From contig JBHGNT010000189.1 in the NCBI GenBank assembly GCA_043228905.1, forward strand, positions 1 to 56,707: a stretch of 56,707 nt of DNA, read 5' to 3'. Source of the stretch: Azolla caroliniana. Its lineage: Eukaryota; Plantae; Polypodiophyta. The notes under the pieces were generated by a model, which saw only the letters and a list, made by a program, of their open reading frames with translations, made no database searches and was not told where the DNA came from. The translations under genes and the position numbers were made by a program. Numbering within the stretch: the first letter of the stretch is position 1; each line of letters begins with the position of its first letter. Positions 1-12,685 of this stretch are shown piece by piece.

Positions 1-905
1 GCAATATATCATCGCCCATAGAGTGTGCAAGACTTGTGTAGATTACAGTCTCCTTTGCATCAAAAAAAAAAAGAGAGATTTTTCCTTTGTCTGAAGGATC
101 ATAAGGTTTCCAAGTTAGAAGATCAAAACATTACACTCCATTGAAATTCTTGGGGCTGGAGGTAGAGACGAAATGCTGAACAAAAGCCTTCTAAATGAGA
201 CATTTAAAAGGCCACTAAAACCCTCCTTCTTCATTAAATCTACAAATGGCAGATCGAATGGGCCATTAGCACCCTCCCTAGTTAATACACATGAAATGGA
301 CTCTTGGAGGAGGTATATCTACCCAACCTGCAGGTGAAGCAGGATGCATAGAGTCCACAACACGTGATGATGAAACTCTAGATTGTGTAGTTTTAATGCC
401 ATCATCAACTAAAACCTCCATAGTTGCTGTTGGAATCTCATGGAATAGTGGCAAAGAGATTCGTGGCCAAAACAAACGGCAAACCCGATGAAGAAACCAT
501 GGGTGTCATTGTTTGTCCTCAGCTAATACTTCCACAACAAAGATTCGTGACCAAACAAAACAACAGACAACATGACGAAGAGACCATGGCCCTTCATGAG
601 GTAAAGCAAAAAAATCAGCATTCTATTGCGCCATCCCTGCAATCTCATGATAATGGTACAAGCAACAAGGACTGTATGAGGTGTATCGTAAAGTAACCCT
701 CCTGCTCCCACATCTCTGTGGATACCATGCCATCAACATTACTATAAAAATTAGCCAAACTTGTAGCAAATTTGTTATAAAAAAAAGGCTACGTCAAAAT
801 TAAAATTCGATTGATATATTTATGTACATAGATTGCAAATGCACGAAGAAACAAATATGAAATACAATACGTGTATGAGAGGGTGGAAATTTTCAGCAAT
901 GTCCC

Positions 906-1650
906 AAACCCTAAACCCTAAATCCTATATTCTACATATAGATAGCTTAGTTCACACATACACGAAACTTTTAGATGATTTCCCAAATAAAGTTAGAGTA
1001 GAACTCTTCGAATTTAGCTCCACGCTACTAGACCCTAAGCACTTAGAAGAGGTCTCAAATTTTATAGCGGCTTACCTTTTCACAGACAATATTAACGATT
1101 GGTTAGAAGAACATATTATAGAACTTTTAACGAAGTGCCAAGAGTTTGGTGTTACTAACAACATTGATGATACAGTCAAAACAACGTCGATTACAATTAG
1201 AAATAACAATAGAGAGTTACAACACTCGGATAAACTCCATAATACACATGATTTTGATAATATCAATGTTGAATTAGATAACGAAATAGAAGATCTCCCA
1301 ATAGATCTAGATACAAACGAGGATCTTATAGAACAAAATCCTAACCCTCAAACATCCTTAGTCATTATCCCCAAAAACGATAAAAGTTTACACTTTGACC
1401 CCACATCCAATCCTCACCTTGATGCAATTATTAACATTAACTCTAACCGTATCCCAAAATTTAACCCTAACCGTCTCCCCATCCCTAAATCTACACTGAA
1501 AAACAATAACTTTAATCCCAACATAATATGTAACCACAAATTCAATCCTAATCCTTGTAAACAAAATCCCTACCCTATTCCAACCATACTAAACCCAACC
1601 CTAAAACAAACCTTAATACGAATCCTAAACCTAAACCTAACCTTAACCTC
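906..1650 (+). pseudogene. PLE family A ORF1 fragment, telomere-capped
   Basis: aaaccctaaaccctaaatccta followed by LHIDSLVHTYTKLLDDFPNKVRVELFEF... The ends of ORF 833-1732 read through into flanking repeat modules. Confidence 0.8.
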
Positions 1651-2210
1651 AACTGAAACCTCCACAGTTGCTGCAGAAATCTCATGGATTGGTGGCAAAG
1701 AGATTCGTGGCCAAAAGAAACGGCAAATGTGACGAAGAAACCACGGGTGTTCATGTCTGTCATCAACTAATACCTCCACAATAGAGACTCGTGCCCAAAC
1801 AAATCAGCAGACAACATGACGAAGAGGCGATGGCGCTTCATGAGGTAAAGCAAAACAATCGACTTTGTCTTGCTGCATCCCTAAAATCTGATGATAATGC
1901 TTCAAGCAACAAGGATTGTATGAGGTGTATCATAAAGTAACCCTCTTGCATCGACTTATCTGTGGATACCATGCCATCAACATTACTATAAAAATTAGCC
2001 AAACTTGTAGCAAATATTTTATAAAAAAAAGTGCAATATAAAAATTAAAATTCGATTGATATATTTATGTATATAGATTACAGATGCACGGAGAACCAAA
2101 TATGAAATACAATACGCGTATGGGAGGGTGGAAATTTTCGGCAAATGTCCCATACTCCCAAAAAGTCGAAACAAATGTCCCACTTCGAATGGAAACAACG
2201 AGAAATCACG

Positions 2211-2283
2211 CCCTGAACCCAAAACCCAAAACCCAAAACCCAAAACCCAAAACCCAAACCCTAAACCCTAAACCCTAGGGTTT
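2211..2283 (+). repeat. Interstitial telomeric tract (CCCAAAA variants then CCCTAAA) ending in the palindrome AAACCCTAGGGTTT
   Basis: Read directly. The palindrome also occurs at 6628, 6895, 7162, 9129, 25142, 27128 and 40662. Confidence 0.9.
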
Positions 2284-4084
2284 TGCATTATGACCATTCG
2301 TCAAAAGATCAATCCCATGAATTTCAAGACTTTGTAAGCAACACGCAACAAGAAAACTAATAAAACCAAAACTATCCCAACAGATATCAATGACAATTGA
2401 CCATCTTTAATATCAATATAGAAGGTCAGATAGCGAAAAAAGATCGTCAATAAGAAACCGAAGCAGGTAAGGCCAAGCTGCAACTCATTGAGTTTGCCAC
2501 ATTTCTCCTCTTGAAGGAAAGATCAGTATAATAAAAGGTCAACACATAATCCAAAAGGCAAGAACACGAAAGGTTTCATACCTTCTTAATAGAAACATGA
2601 CGACCATAAACCTCCAACTTTTGCGAAACCTAAAAGGAGATCACATAACAGAGTTACATACAAGCAAAACAATCAACCTGAAAAGAGTATTAATTTGAAT
2701 TATTTAACTTACTGATTTTAATAACTTGATATTTTCAGACAAGCACTGCAAGTCTCTAAATATCCGTGACGTTTTTCAATATTTGGATTTTCAATACTTG
2801 TGAACAACATGTGAGGTAGAATTGTATCCTTCGCAGCAAATACGGCATCAAGGGTTAACAGAACATACGTCAGAAGATTTACACAGGCCCTACTACTTTG
2901 TTGTTGTTCTTCCATTGCCAAATTGCTAGAGGAGCCTTTAGATTTTGCATCCTCTGAGAACTTATTTGTAGCTTCATTCAAGTATTTCACCTATAAAACA
3001 CAAAAATAAACCAAATTAATATACACTTTTCCCAAAATTTTAAGAAAAAAGTATATATTTCCATCAAGCAATAACCAAAAACACACACAAGTAGTTGCTT
3101 GCACATAGAAAACAAAATGTGTACAGAAAATCAACCAAATCATTATACACTTACCTTACTAATGTACCAATCTAATTATGTTCGAAGTGCATAGACATTA
3201 ATATTCAGAGGATATTGAGCATCACCTCGTAATATATCATCGCCCATAGAATGTGCAGGATTCGTGTAGATTGCAGTCTCCTTTGCGTCATAAAAAAAAG
3301 AAGAAGAGATATTTGCTCTGTTTGAAGGATCATAAGGTTTCCATGTGAGAAGATCAAAACATTACACTCCATTAAAATTTATGGGGCGGGAGGTAGAGAC
3401 GAAATGTTGAACAAAAGGCTTCTAAATAAAACATTTAAAAGGCCACCAAAACCCTCCTTGTTCATTAAATCTGCAAATGGCAAATCAAATGGGTCATTCG
3501 CACCTTCCCTAGTTAATACACATGAAATGGACCCTTTGAGGAGGTATATCTACCCAACCTGCAGGTGAAAGAGGATGCATAGAGTCAACAACACGTGATG
3601 ATGAAACTCCAGATTGTGTAGTTTCAATGCCATCATCCACTGAAACCTCCATAGTTGTTGCAGGAATGTCATGGAATGGTGGCAAAGAGATTCGTGGCCT
3701 AAAGAAATGGCAAACGCGACGAAGAAACCATGGGTGTTCATGTCTATCACCAGCTAATACCTCCACAATAGAGATTCGTGGCCAAACAAAACAACAGACA
3801 ACTTGACGAAGAGACGATGGCCCTTCATGAGGTAAAGCAAAAAAATTGGCATTCTCTTGCGCCATCCCTACAATCTGATGGTAATGCTACAAGCAGCAAG
3901 GACTGTATGAGGTGTATCGTAAAGTAATCCTCCTGCTCCCGCTTCTCTGTGGATACCATGCTATCAACATTACTATATAAATTTGCCAAACTTGTAACAA
4001 ATTTTCCAGAAAAAAAAATAAAAATAAAATTCGATTGATATATTTATGTATATAGATTACACATGCACGAAGATTACACATGCA

Positions 4085-5353
4085 AAAAATGGCAAAATAA
4101 GTTTTTTTGAGGCTATGTAGGATGGTTAGCCTCGTTCAACTTCTTTTGATGTTGATTTTTTACATCACATAAACCAATTTCCAATCAGGGTATTGGATAA
4201 AGTGAGAACGAAATGGATGTTGAATCTATTCTAGATGATTGTGATTCTTTGTGAATGTATGATAAGTGTCCCAATTCAAGCTTGGTCTAGGATCTAAGAG
4301 GATGGTTTTGGAATTCTCCAATACATTCTTCTCTGCAACTAAACAAGGTATCATATCATGTTTCCAATATACTTTCCAATTAGGTAGACAACTACTATTA
4401 TTAGCAAAGAACAAGGTGAGGCATATAGCAATAATAAAAGTTTTGAAAAAGTGGAATGTCTTGAATGTAATGTTGATGAATTATTGGGGATGGATATGGA
4501 GGATGAACTGTGCAAGGAAGAATGGTGTTATTTAGATGGATAACTTTTGTTGCCTCAAGCATTGTTTGTTGGTGACCAATTGAAATGAAACAATGTAGAA
4601 AAAATGGACGATGATGGCAACAATGGCCGGAAGCAGTCAACGTGCTCGCGACTTCTTCCACTTGCAACTGTATGATGAATCTATGGTTCTAGTTCTTCTT
4701 GCTAAGATGGTTCTACCTTTAGAGGGAGGATGGCTTCTGTTCTCGCAATGGGAGCACAATTTTTGGGCTGATGCGGTAAGGAGGAACCTAGAGGATGTGT
4801 TTATTTGTACAGTTGTCTTTCCCAATCTGCAAAGGGAGTGGCATTGCGTTTTAGGTTAGATTGGTGCCATATTAGGGATAGTTTTAGAAGTTTATGCACC
4901 AATGCAATGCAATTGCAGGGTGTACAACTGTTTGCACCTTCAGCAAGGCTGTTTGTTCCAAAAGGAGACAAGCTACAATCCTTTGTGTCTTTGCCAAATA
5001 TTATTACATGTTCAGTGCAAGGTATTAGATCCAAGCAACGAATCTTGTATAAGGGACTGCCAGATCAGTGCCGGCATTGTCAAGGATTCAACCATTTTCA
5101 GTGTAATTGCTCAAAGAAAAATAAGGTGTCACCATCTCAGGTTACTACTCAGGCGATTGTTCCATTTCGGCATTTGGATCAAGAAATTGTTATTCCACAA
5201 CCGATTGGACTCGACGATGCACATTCACTTCCTTTCATGAAAAACCGGCCTATGGATAAAGGTAAAACACCTATTTCTTCACCACATCAGGGTATTGAAG
5301 ATTATACAGCTCATGTGAACATTCAGAAATTCGAAGTTAGTGCGTCCTCCTAA
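4085..5353 (+). mobile_element. Decayed L1-type LINE ORF1 fragment (zinc knuckle)
   Basis: QRILYKGLPDQCRHCQGFNHFQCNC is a CX2CX4HX4C knuckle preceded by Y..LP, typical of plant L1 ORF1. Many stops upstream; left boundary uncertain. Confidence 0.7.
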
Positions 5354-6573
5354 AAACCCTCATATAGTTAACCAAATAACACTAATCGCAGCCAAAGAAG
5401 TATCGTGCCCACACTCCTCGTGTCAGACATTATATAGTCTATTAAAATGAAAAACCCTAAATTTTAAGAAAAACGTATATTTACATCAAGCAATAACAAA
5501 AGAAACACACAAGTAGTTGCTTGCACATAGAAAACAAAATGTGTACAGAAAACAAGGGTTTTGGATTTTACCTTACTAATATACCAATGTAATGATATTC
5601 GAAGTGCATACACATAAATAATCAGAGGATATGGACCACCACCTTACAATAAATCATCGCCCATAGAGTGTGCAAGACTCGTGTAGATTGGAGTCTCCTT
5701 TGCATCAAAAAAAAAAAAGAGAGATTTTTGCTTTGTCTGAAGGATCATAAGGTTTCCAAGTGAGAGAATCAAAACATTACACTCCATTAAAATTTATGGG
5801 GCTGGAGGTAGAGAAGAAATGATGAACAAAAGCCTTCTAAATGAGACATTTAAAAGGCCACTAAAACCCTCCTTCTTCATTAAATTTGCAAATGGTAGAT
5901 AGAATGGGCCATTCGCACCCTCCCTAGTTAATACACATGAAATGGACCCTTGGAGGAGGTATATCTACCCAATCTGCACGTGAAGTAGGATGCATAGAGT
6001 CCACATTACGTGATGATGAAACTCTAGATTCTGTAGTTTTAATGCCATCATCAACTGAAACGTCCATACTTGCTCCAGGAATCTCATGGAATAGTGGCAA
6101 AGAGATTCGTGGCCAAAACAAACGGCAAACGCGATGAAGAAACCATGGGTGTTCATGTCTGTCGTCAGCTAATACTTCCACAACAAAGATTTGTAGCCAA
6201 ACAAAACAACAGACAACATGACGAAGAGATCATGGCCCTTCATGAGGTAAAGCAAAACAATCGGCATTCTCTTGCGCCATCCCTGCAATCTGATGATAAT
6301 GGTACAAGCAACAACGACTGTATGAGGTGTATTGTAAAATAACCCTCTTACTGCCGCTTCTCTGTGGATACCATGCCGTCAACATTACTATAAAAATTAG
6401 CCAAACTTCTAGCAAATATTTTATAAAATAAAGGCTACATCAAAATTAAAATTCGATTGATATATTTATGTATATAGATTGCAGATGGACGAAGCAACAA
6501 ATATGAAATACAATACGTGTATGGGACGGTGGAAATTTTCAGCAATGTCCTAGACTCCCAAACAATCCAAAAA

Positions 6574-7370
6574 AATGTCCCACTCCGTATGGAAACGAGG
6601 AGAAATCACGCCTTGAACCGAAACCCTAAACCCTAGGGTTTTGCATTATGACCATTCGTCAACAGACCAATCCCATGAATTTCAAGACTTTGTAAGCAAC
6701 ACGCCACAAGAAAACTAATAAAACCAAAACTATCCCAACAGATATCAATGACAATTGACCATCTTTAATATCAACATAGAAGGTCATATAGCGAAAAAAG
6801 ATCGTCAATAAGAAACCGAAGCAGGTAAGGCCAAGCTACAAATGTCCCACTCCGTATGGAAACGAGGAGAAATCACGCCTTGAACCGAAACCCTAAACCC
6901 TAGGGTTTTGCATTATGACCATTCCTCAACAGACCAATCCCATGAATTTCAAGACTTTGTAAGCAACACGCAACAAGAAAACTAATAAAACCAAAACTAT
7001 CCCAACAGATATCAATGACAATTAACCATCTTTAATATCAACATAGAAGGTCATATAGCGAAAAAAGATCGTCAATAAGAAACCGAAGCAGGTAAGGCCA
7101 AGCTACAAATGTCCCACTCCGTATGGAAACGAGGAGAAATCATGCCTTGAACCGAAACCCTAAACCCTAGGGTTTTGCATTATGACCATTCGTCAACAGA
7201 CCAATCCCATGAATTTCAAGATTTTGTAAGCAACACGCAACAAGAAAACTAATAAAACCAAAACTATCCCAACAGATATCAATGACAATTGACCATCTTT
7301 AATATCAATATAGAAGGTCATATAGCGAAAAAAGATCGTCAATAAGAAACCGAAGCAGGTAAGGCCAAGC
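6574..7370 (+). repeat. Tandem triplication of a 267-bp segment spanning the telomeric junction
   Basis: aatgtcccactccgtatgg starts at 6574, 6841 and 7108. Confidence 0.9.
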
Positions 7371-9135
7371 TGCAACTCATTGATTTTGCCACATTTCTCC
7401 TCTTGAGGAAAGATCGGTATAATAAAAGGTCAACACATAATCCAAAAGGTCATGAACACGAGAGGTTTCATACCTTCTTAATAGAAACCTGACGATCATA
7501 AACCTCCAACTTTTGCGAAACCTAAAAGGAGATCACATAACAGAGTTACATACAAGCAAAACAATCAACCTGAAAAGAGTATTAATTTGAATTACTTAAC
7601 TTACTGATTACTTGATATTTTCAGACAAGCACTCCAAGTCTCTAAATATCCATGAAGTTTTTCAATATTTGGATCTTCAATACTTGTGAACAACATGTGA
7701 GGTAGAATTGTATCCTTCTCAGCAAATACGGCATCAAGGGTTAACAGAACATACGTCAAAAGATTTACACAGGCCCTACTACTTTGTTGTTGTTCTTCCA
7801 TTGCCAAATTGCTAGAGGAGCCTTTAGACTTTGCATCCTCTGAGAACTTATTTGTAGCTTCATTCAAGTATTTCACCTATAAAACACAAAAATAAACCAA
7901 ATTAATATACACTTTTCCCAAAATTTTAAGAAAAACGTATATATTTCCATCAAGCAATAACCAAAAACACACACAAGTAGTTGCTTGCACATAGAGAACA
8001 AAATGTGTACAGAAAATCAACGAAATCAATCTACACTTACCTTACTAATGTACTAATCTAATTATGTTCGAAGTGCATAGACATTAATATTCAGAGGATA
8101 TGGAGCACCACCTTGTAATATATCGTCGCCCATAGAATGTGCAGGATTCGTGTAGATTGCAATCTCCTTTGCGTCATAAAAAAAAGAAGAAGAGATATTT
8201 GCTCTGTTTGAAGGATCATAAGGTTTCCAAGTGAGAAGATCAAAACATTACACTCCATTAAAATTTATGGGGCGGGAGGTAGAGACGAAATATTGCACAA
8301 AAGGCTTCTAAATAAAACATTTAAAAGGCCACCAAAAATCTCCTTCTTCATTAAATCTGCAAATGGCAGATCAAATGGGCCATTCACACCCTCCCTAGTT
8401 AATACACATGAAATGGACCCTTGGAGGAGGTATATCTACCCAACCTGTAGGTGAAAGAGGATGCATAGAGTCCACAACACGTGATGATGAAACTCCAGAT
8501 GTTATAGTTTCAATGCCATCATCCACTGAAACCTCCCTAGTTGTTGCAGGAATGTCATGGAATGGTGGCAAAGAGATTCGTGGCCTAAAGAAATGGCAAA
8601 CACGACGAAGAAACCATGGGTGCTCATGTCTGTCCTCAACTAATACCTCCAGAACAGAGATTCGTGGCCAAACAAAAGAACAGACAACAGGACGAAGAGA
8701 CAGTGGCCCTTCATGAGGTAAAGCAAAAAAATCGGCATTCTCTTGCTGCATCCCTAAAATCTGATGATAATGGTACATGCAGCAAGGACTGTATGAGGTG
8801 TATCGTAAAGTAACCGCCCTGCTCTCGCTTATCTGTGGATACCATGCCATGAACATTATTATAAAAATTAGCCAAACTTGTAGCAAATTTTTTATAAAAA
8901 AATAGGTTGCATCAAAATTAAAATTAGATTCATATATTTATGTATAGAGATTACACATGCACGAAGAAACCAATATGAAATATAATACGTGTATGAGAGG
9001 GTGGAAATTTTTAGCAATGTCCTAGACTCCCAAACAATCCAAAAAAATGTCCCACTCCGTATGGAAACGACGAGAAATTACGCCCTAAACCCAAAACCCA
9101 AAACCCAAAACCTGAAACTCTAAACCCTAAACCCT
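7167..9135. repeat. Reference copy of the ~2-kb telomere-terminated unit. Other copies or fragments lie at about 1-905, 1650-4070, 5460-7167, 9135-10935, 16160-16935, 18985-19287, 22367-23182, 23875-27740, 32492-32915, 34530-35303, 37844-38658 and 39352-41590
   Basis: The same ordered modules recur between successive aaaccctagggtttt junctions (7162 to 9129 is about 1.97 kb). Confidence 0.9.
7193..8886 (-). pseudogene. Multi-exon orphan gene remnant carried by the 2-kb unit (unknown product)
   Basis: GTAAGT...TTTTATAG intron at 8040-7877, GTAAGT...CCTTTTAG intron at 7604-7522, and a possible third at 7473-7402. The cross-copy consensus joins in phase 0: ...VYALRTSLDWYISK|VKYLNEA...LESYLECLSKNVKLLKS|VSQKLEVYGRHVSIKK. 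Each copy I read has stops or frameshifts. Confidence 0.6.
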
Positions 9136-10954
9136 AGGGTTTTGCATTATGACCATTCGTCACCAGATCAATCCCATGTATTTCAAGATTTTGTAAGCAA
9201 CACGCATCAAGAAAACTAATAAAACCAAAACTCTCCCACCTGATGTCAATGACAATTGACAATGTTTAATATCAATATAGAGGGTCGGATAGCGAAAAAA
9301 GATTGTCAATAAGAAACCGAAGCAGGTAATGGAGAGCTGTAACTCATTGATTTTGCAACATTTCTTCTCGTGAAGGAAAGATCGGTATAATAAAAGGTCA
9401 ACAAATCATCCAAAAGGTCATGAACACGAGAGGTTTGATACCTTCCTAATAGAAACATGACGACCATAAACTTCCAACTCTTTCGAAACCTAAAAGGAGA
9501 TCAGATAACAGAGTTAAATACAAGCAAAATAGTCAACCTGAAAAGAGTATTAATTTGAATTATTTAACTTACTGATTTTAATAACTTTAAATTTTTAAAT
9601 AAGCGCTCCAAGTAACTCTCTAAATATCCGTGAAGTTTTTCAATATTTGGATATTCAATACTTGTGAACAACATTTGAGGTAGAATTCTATCCTTCGTAG
9701 CAAATACGGCATCAAGGGTTAACACAACATACGTCAAAAGATTTAGACAGGCCCTACTGCTTTGTTGTTGTTCTTCCATTGGCAAACTGCTAGAGGAGCC
9801 TTTAGATTTTGCATCCTTTAAGAACTTATTTGCAGCTTTAATCAAGGATTTCGCCTATAAAACACAAAAATCAACCAAATCAACCAAATCAATATACACT
9901 TTTTCCAAAATTTTAAGAAAAACGTATATTTACAAAACAAAACAACAGACGAACATGACGAACAGACAATGGCCCTTCATGAGGTAAAGCAAAAAAATCG
10001 GCATTCTCTTGCTGCATCCCTAAATCTGATGATAATGGTACATGCGGCAAGGACTGTATGAGGTGTATCGTAAAGTAACCGTCCTGCTCTCTCTTATCTG
10101 TGGATACCATGTGATCAACATTACTATAAAAATTAGCCAAACTTGTAGCAAATTTTTTATAAAAAAAAAGGTTGCATCAAAATTAAAATTCGATTGATAT
10201 ATTTATGTATATAGATTACACATGCACGAAGAAACCAATATGAAATATAATACGCGTATGAGAGGGTGGAAATTTCTAGCAATGTCCTACACTCCCAAAC
10301 AATCCAAAAAAATGTCCCACTCCGGATGGAAACGACGAGAAATTTTAAGAAAAACGTATATTTACATCAAGCAATAACCAAAAAAACACACAAGTAGTTG
10401 CTTGCACATAGAAAACAAAATGTGTATAGAAAATCAACCAAATCAATATACACTTACCTTACTAATGTACCAATCTAATTATGTTCGAAGTGCATAGACA
10501 TTAATATTTAGAGGATATGGAGCACCACCTCGTAATATATCATCGCCCATAGAATGTGCAAGATTCTTGTAGATTATAGTCTCCTCTGCATCAAAAAAAA
10601 GAAGAGAGATTTTTGATCTGTTTGAAGGATCATAAGGTTTCCATGTGAGAAGATCAAAACATTACACTCCATTGAAATTCTTGGGGCTGAAGGTAGAGAC
10701 AAAATGCTGAACAAAAGCCTTGTAAATAAAACATTTAAAAGGCCACTAAAACACTCCTTTAACATCACTATAAAAATTTGCCAAACTTGTAGCAAATTTT
10801 CTATAAAAAAAAAGGTTGCATCAAAATTAAAATTCGATTAATATATTTATATACATAGATTGCAAATGCACGAAGAAACAAATATGAAATCCAATACGCG
10901 TATGAGAGGTTGGAAATTTTCAGCAATGTCCCAATCCCTAAACCCTAAACCCTA

Positions 10955-12685
10955 TATTCTACACCTAGATAGGTTAGTTCACACATACACGAAACTTTTA
11001 GACGATTTCCCAAATAAAGTTAGAGTAGAAGTCTTCGAATTTAGCTCCACGCTACTAGACCCTAAGCACTTAGAAGAGCTCTCAAATTATATAGCGGCTT
11101 ACCTTTTAACAAACAATATTAACCATTGGTCTAACCCTAACCCTATTCCAAAATCTAACCCTAACCCTCTCCCCATCCCTAAATCTACCCTGAAAAACAA
11201 TAACTTTAATCCCAACATAACATCTAACCACAAATCCCACCCTAATCCTTGTAAACAAAATCCCTACCCTAATCCCAACCATACTAAACCTAACCCTAAA
11301 ACAAACCCTAATAGGAATCCTAACCCTAAAACGAAACCTAAACCTAACCTAAACCCTAACCAAAAGCCAAAACCGAACCCTAACCCTAAGCCTAAACCCA
11401 AACCCAATCCCACTAAGAATCTAAACCTTAAATACCACTGAAAATCTGTAAGATACACACGTCCTTTCGGCCCTTCACAACAACCACACTGCCGCCGCCA
11501 ACAACACCTTCTTCGACCACCGCCGCCACCATTATCATCATCCAAGCCTCGCCAAAGATTCTACACTTATAACATAACAACACACGAAATTACCCCACAC
11601 CATAATTTAGATTCCAATCAATACGAACCAATAGTTAAATTTATTGGTTTCTAAGAACCCGAATTTCTCTAATGAATGCAACTCCGCCGCATACCTTCTG
11701 CCCCATTTCAGCCCAAGACAAACACTATCCATAGCTTCTCCTCTCCATTTCCTCCTGAAAACAAACAACATATATACTTTTATAGGCATCCAAAGCAATG
11801 CCAACCTAACAATGGTTTTCAGTCGCCGCCGCCTTCGCAACCGCAACACCACAAGCCCTGGAGATATATGCCAGAAAGCGAACAACAAATACACTCATAT
11901 AAGCATCGACATCAACATATAAATCAACGCCAACCCAACGATAATCTTCAGCCACCACCGTTGTCGCCGCCACCGCCCTGTGACGAGTCCTGGAAATTAC
12001 AACAGCCTCTCCTACCGACGCCTCGACCCCCGCCATTTTCTCACCCTCTCCAACATCAACCTCCCTGTCGGACAACATACGAGACGACGATTAATAACAT
12101 AACCACCACCGATTATCGCCTCCAACCGCCACTCCACCAATCGTGAGGTACCTACCATCAGATTCACCACCAGCCCCAAAACACCTCATTAAGCTTCATC
12201 GTTCCCCCCTTGTATCCCCCGAATACCTTCAGCTCCAAAACAATACTCATCCTTACACTCCTACCCATACCCACTGTGTAAACCCTAACGCTCACCCTAC
12301 CCCTAACTCTCCTTCTCTTTCTTTTTCTTTCTGTACTCCCCCTAATAATTCTAGAAATACCTTTCCTACCGCCACCTCTCACAACTATCCACACACAATA
12401 AGGCACCCTTGGTATAAAGAAACTACCCACGATCACAACATAAAACCTCCCCTATTTTCCCAAATACCATTAGCCTTCCCCTACCCCTCATACACCTCTC
12501 TTAACCCCCACACCCCTAACCACAACACGCAATCAACCCATGCTCAACATCCTCCATACACCACCTCTACCAAACCATCCACAAGTTGTATCCATCCCTC
12601 AACAAGTCACCCTAAATCCCTTATGCATTCTTCTCACATCACACTTCCCACCACTCACAACCTCCACCGGCCAAAAAACGTTTAG
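10955..12685 (+). pseudogene. PLE family A ORF1 (helical N-terminal part, then Asn/Pro/Lys/His-rich low complexity), frameshifted and internally deleted
   Basis: ORF pieces 10860-11441, 11676-12146 and 12143-12685. Begins HLDRLVHTYTKLLDDFPNKVR and ends HRPKNV* at the slippery site directly upstream of RT. Confidence 0.75.

Noticed and set aside
833-1732. Intact 299-aa gene (also 23110-23838 and 38586-39569)
   Set aside because: Chimeric read-through: the start lies in the 2-kb unit, crosses telomeric repeats into truncated ORF1 and exits into another module.
8755-8815. CTGATGA in the 2-kb unit (atctgatgataatgg...) as a hammerhead core
   Set aside because: No stem II followed by GAAA and no closing stem I. 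The nearby gtgatgatgaaac also lacks C3 and stem II.
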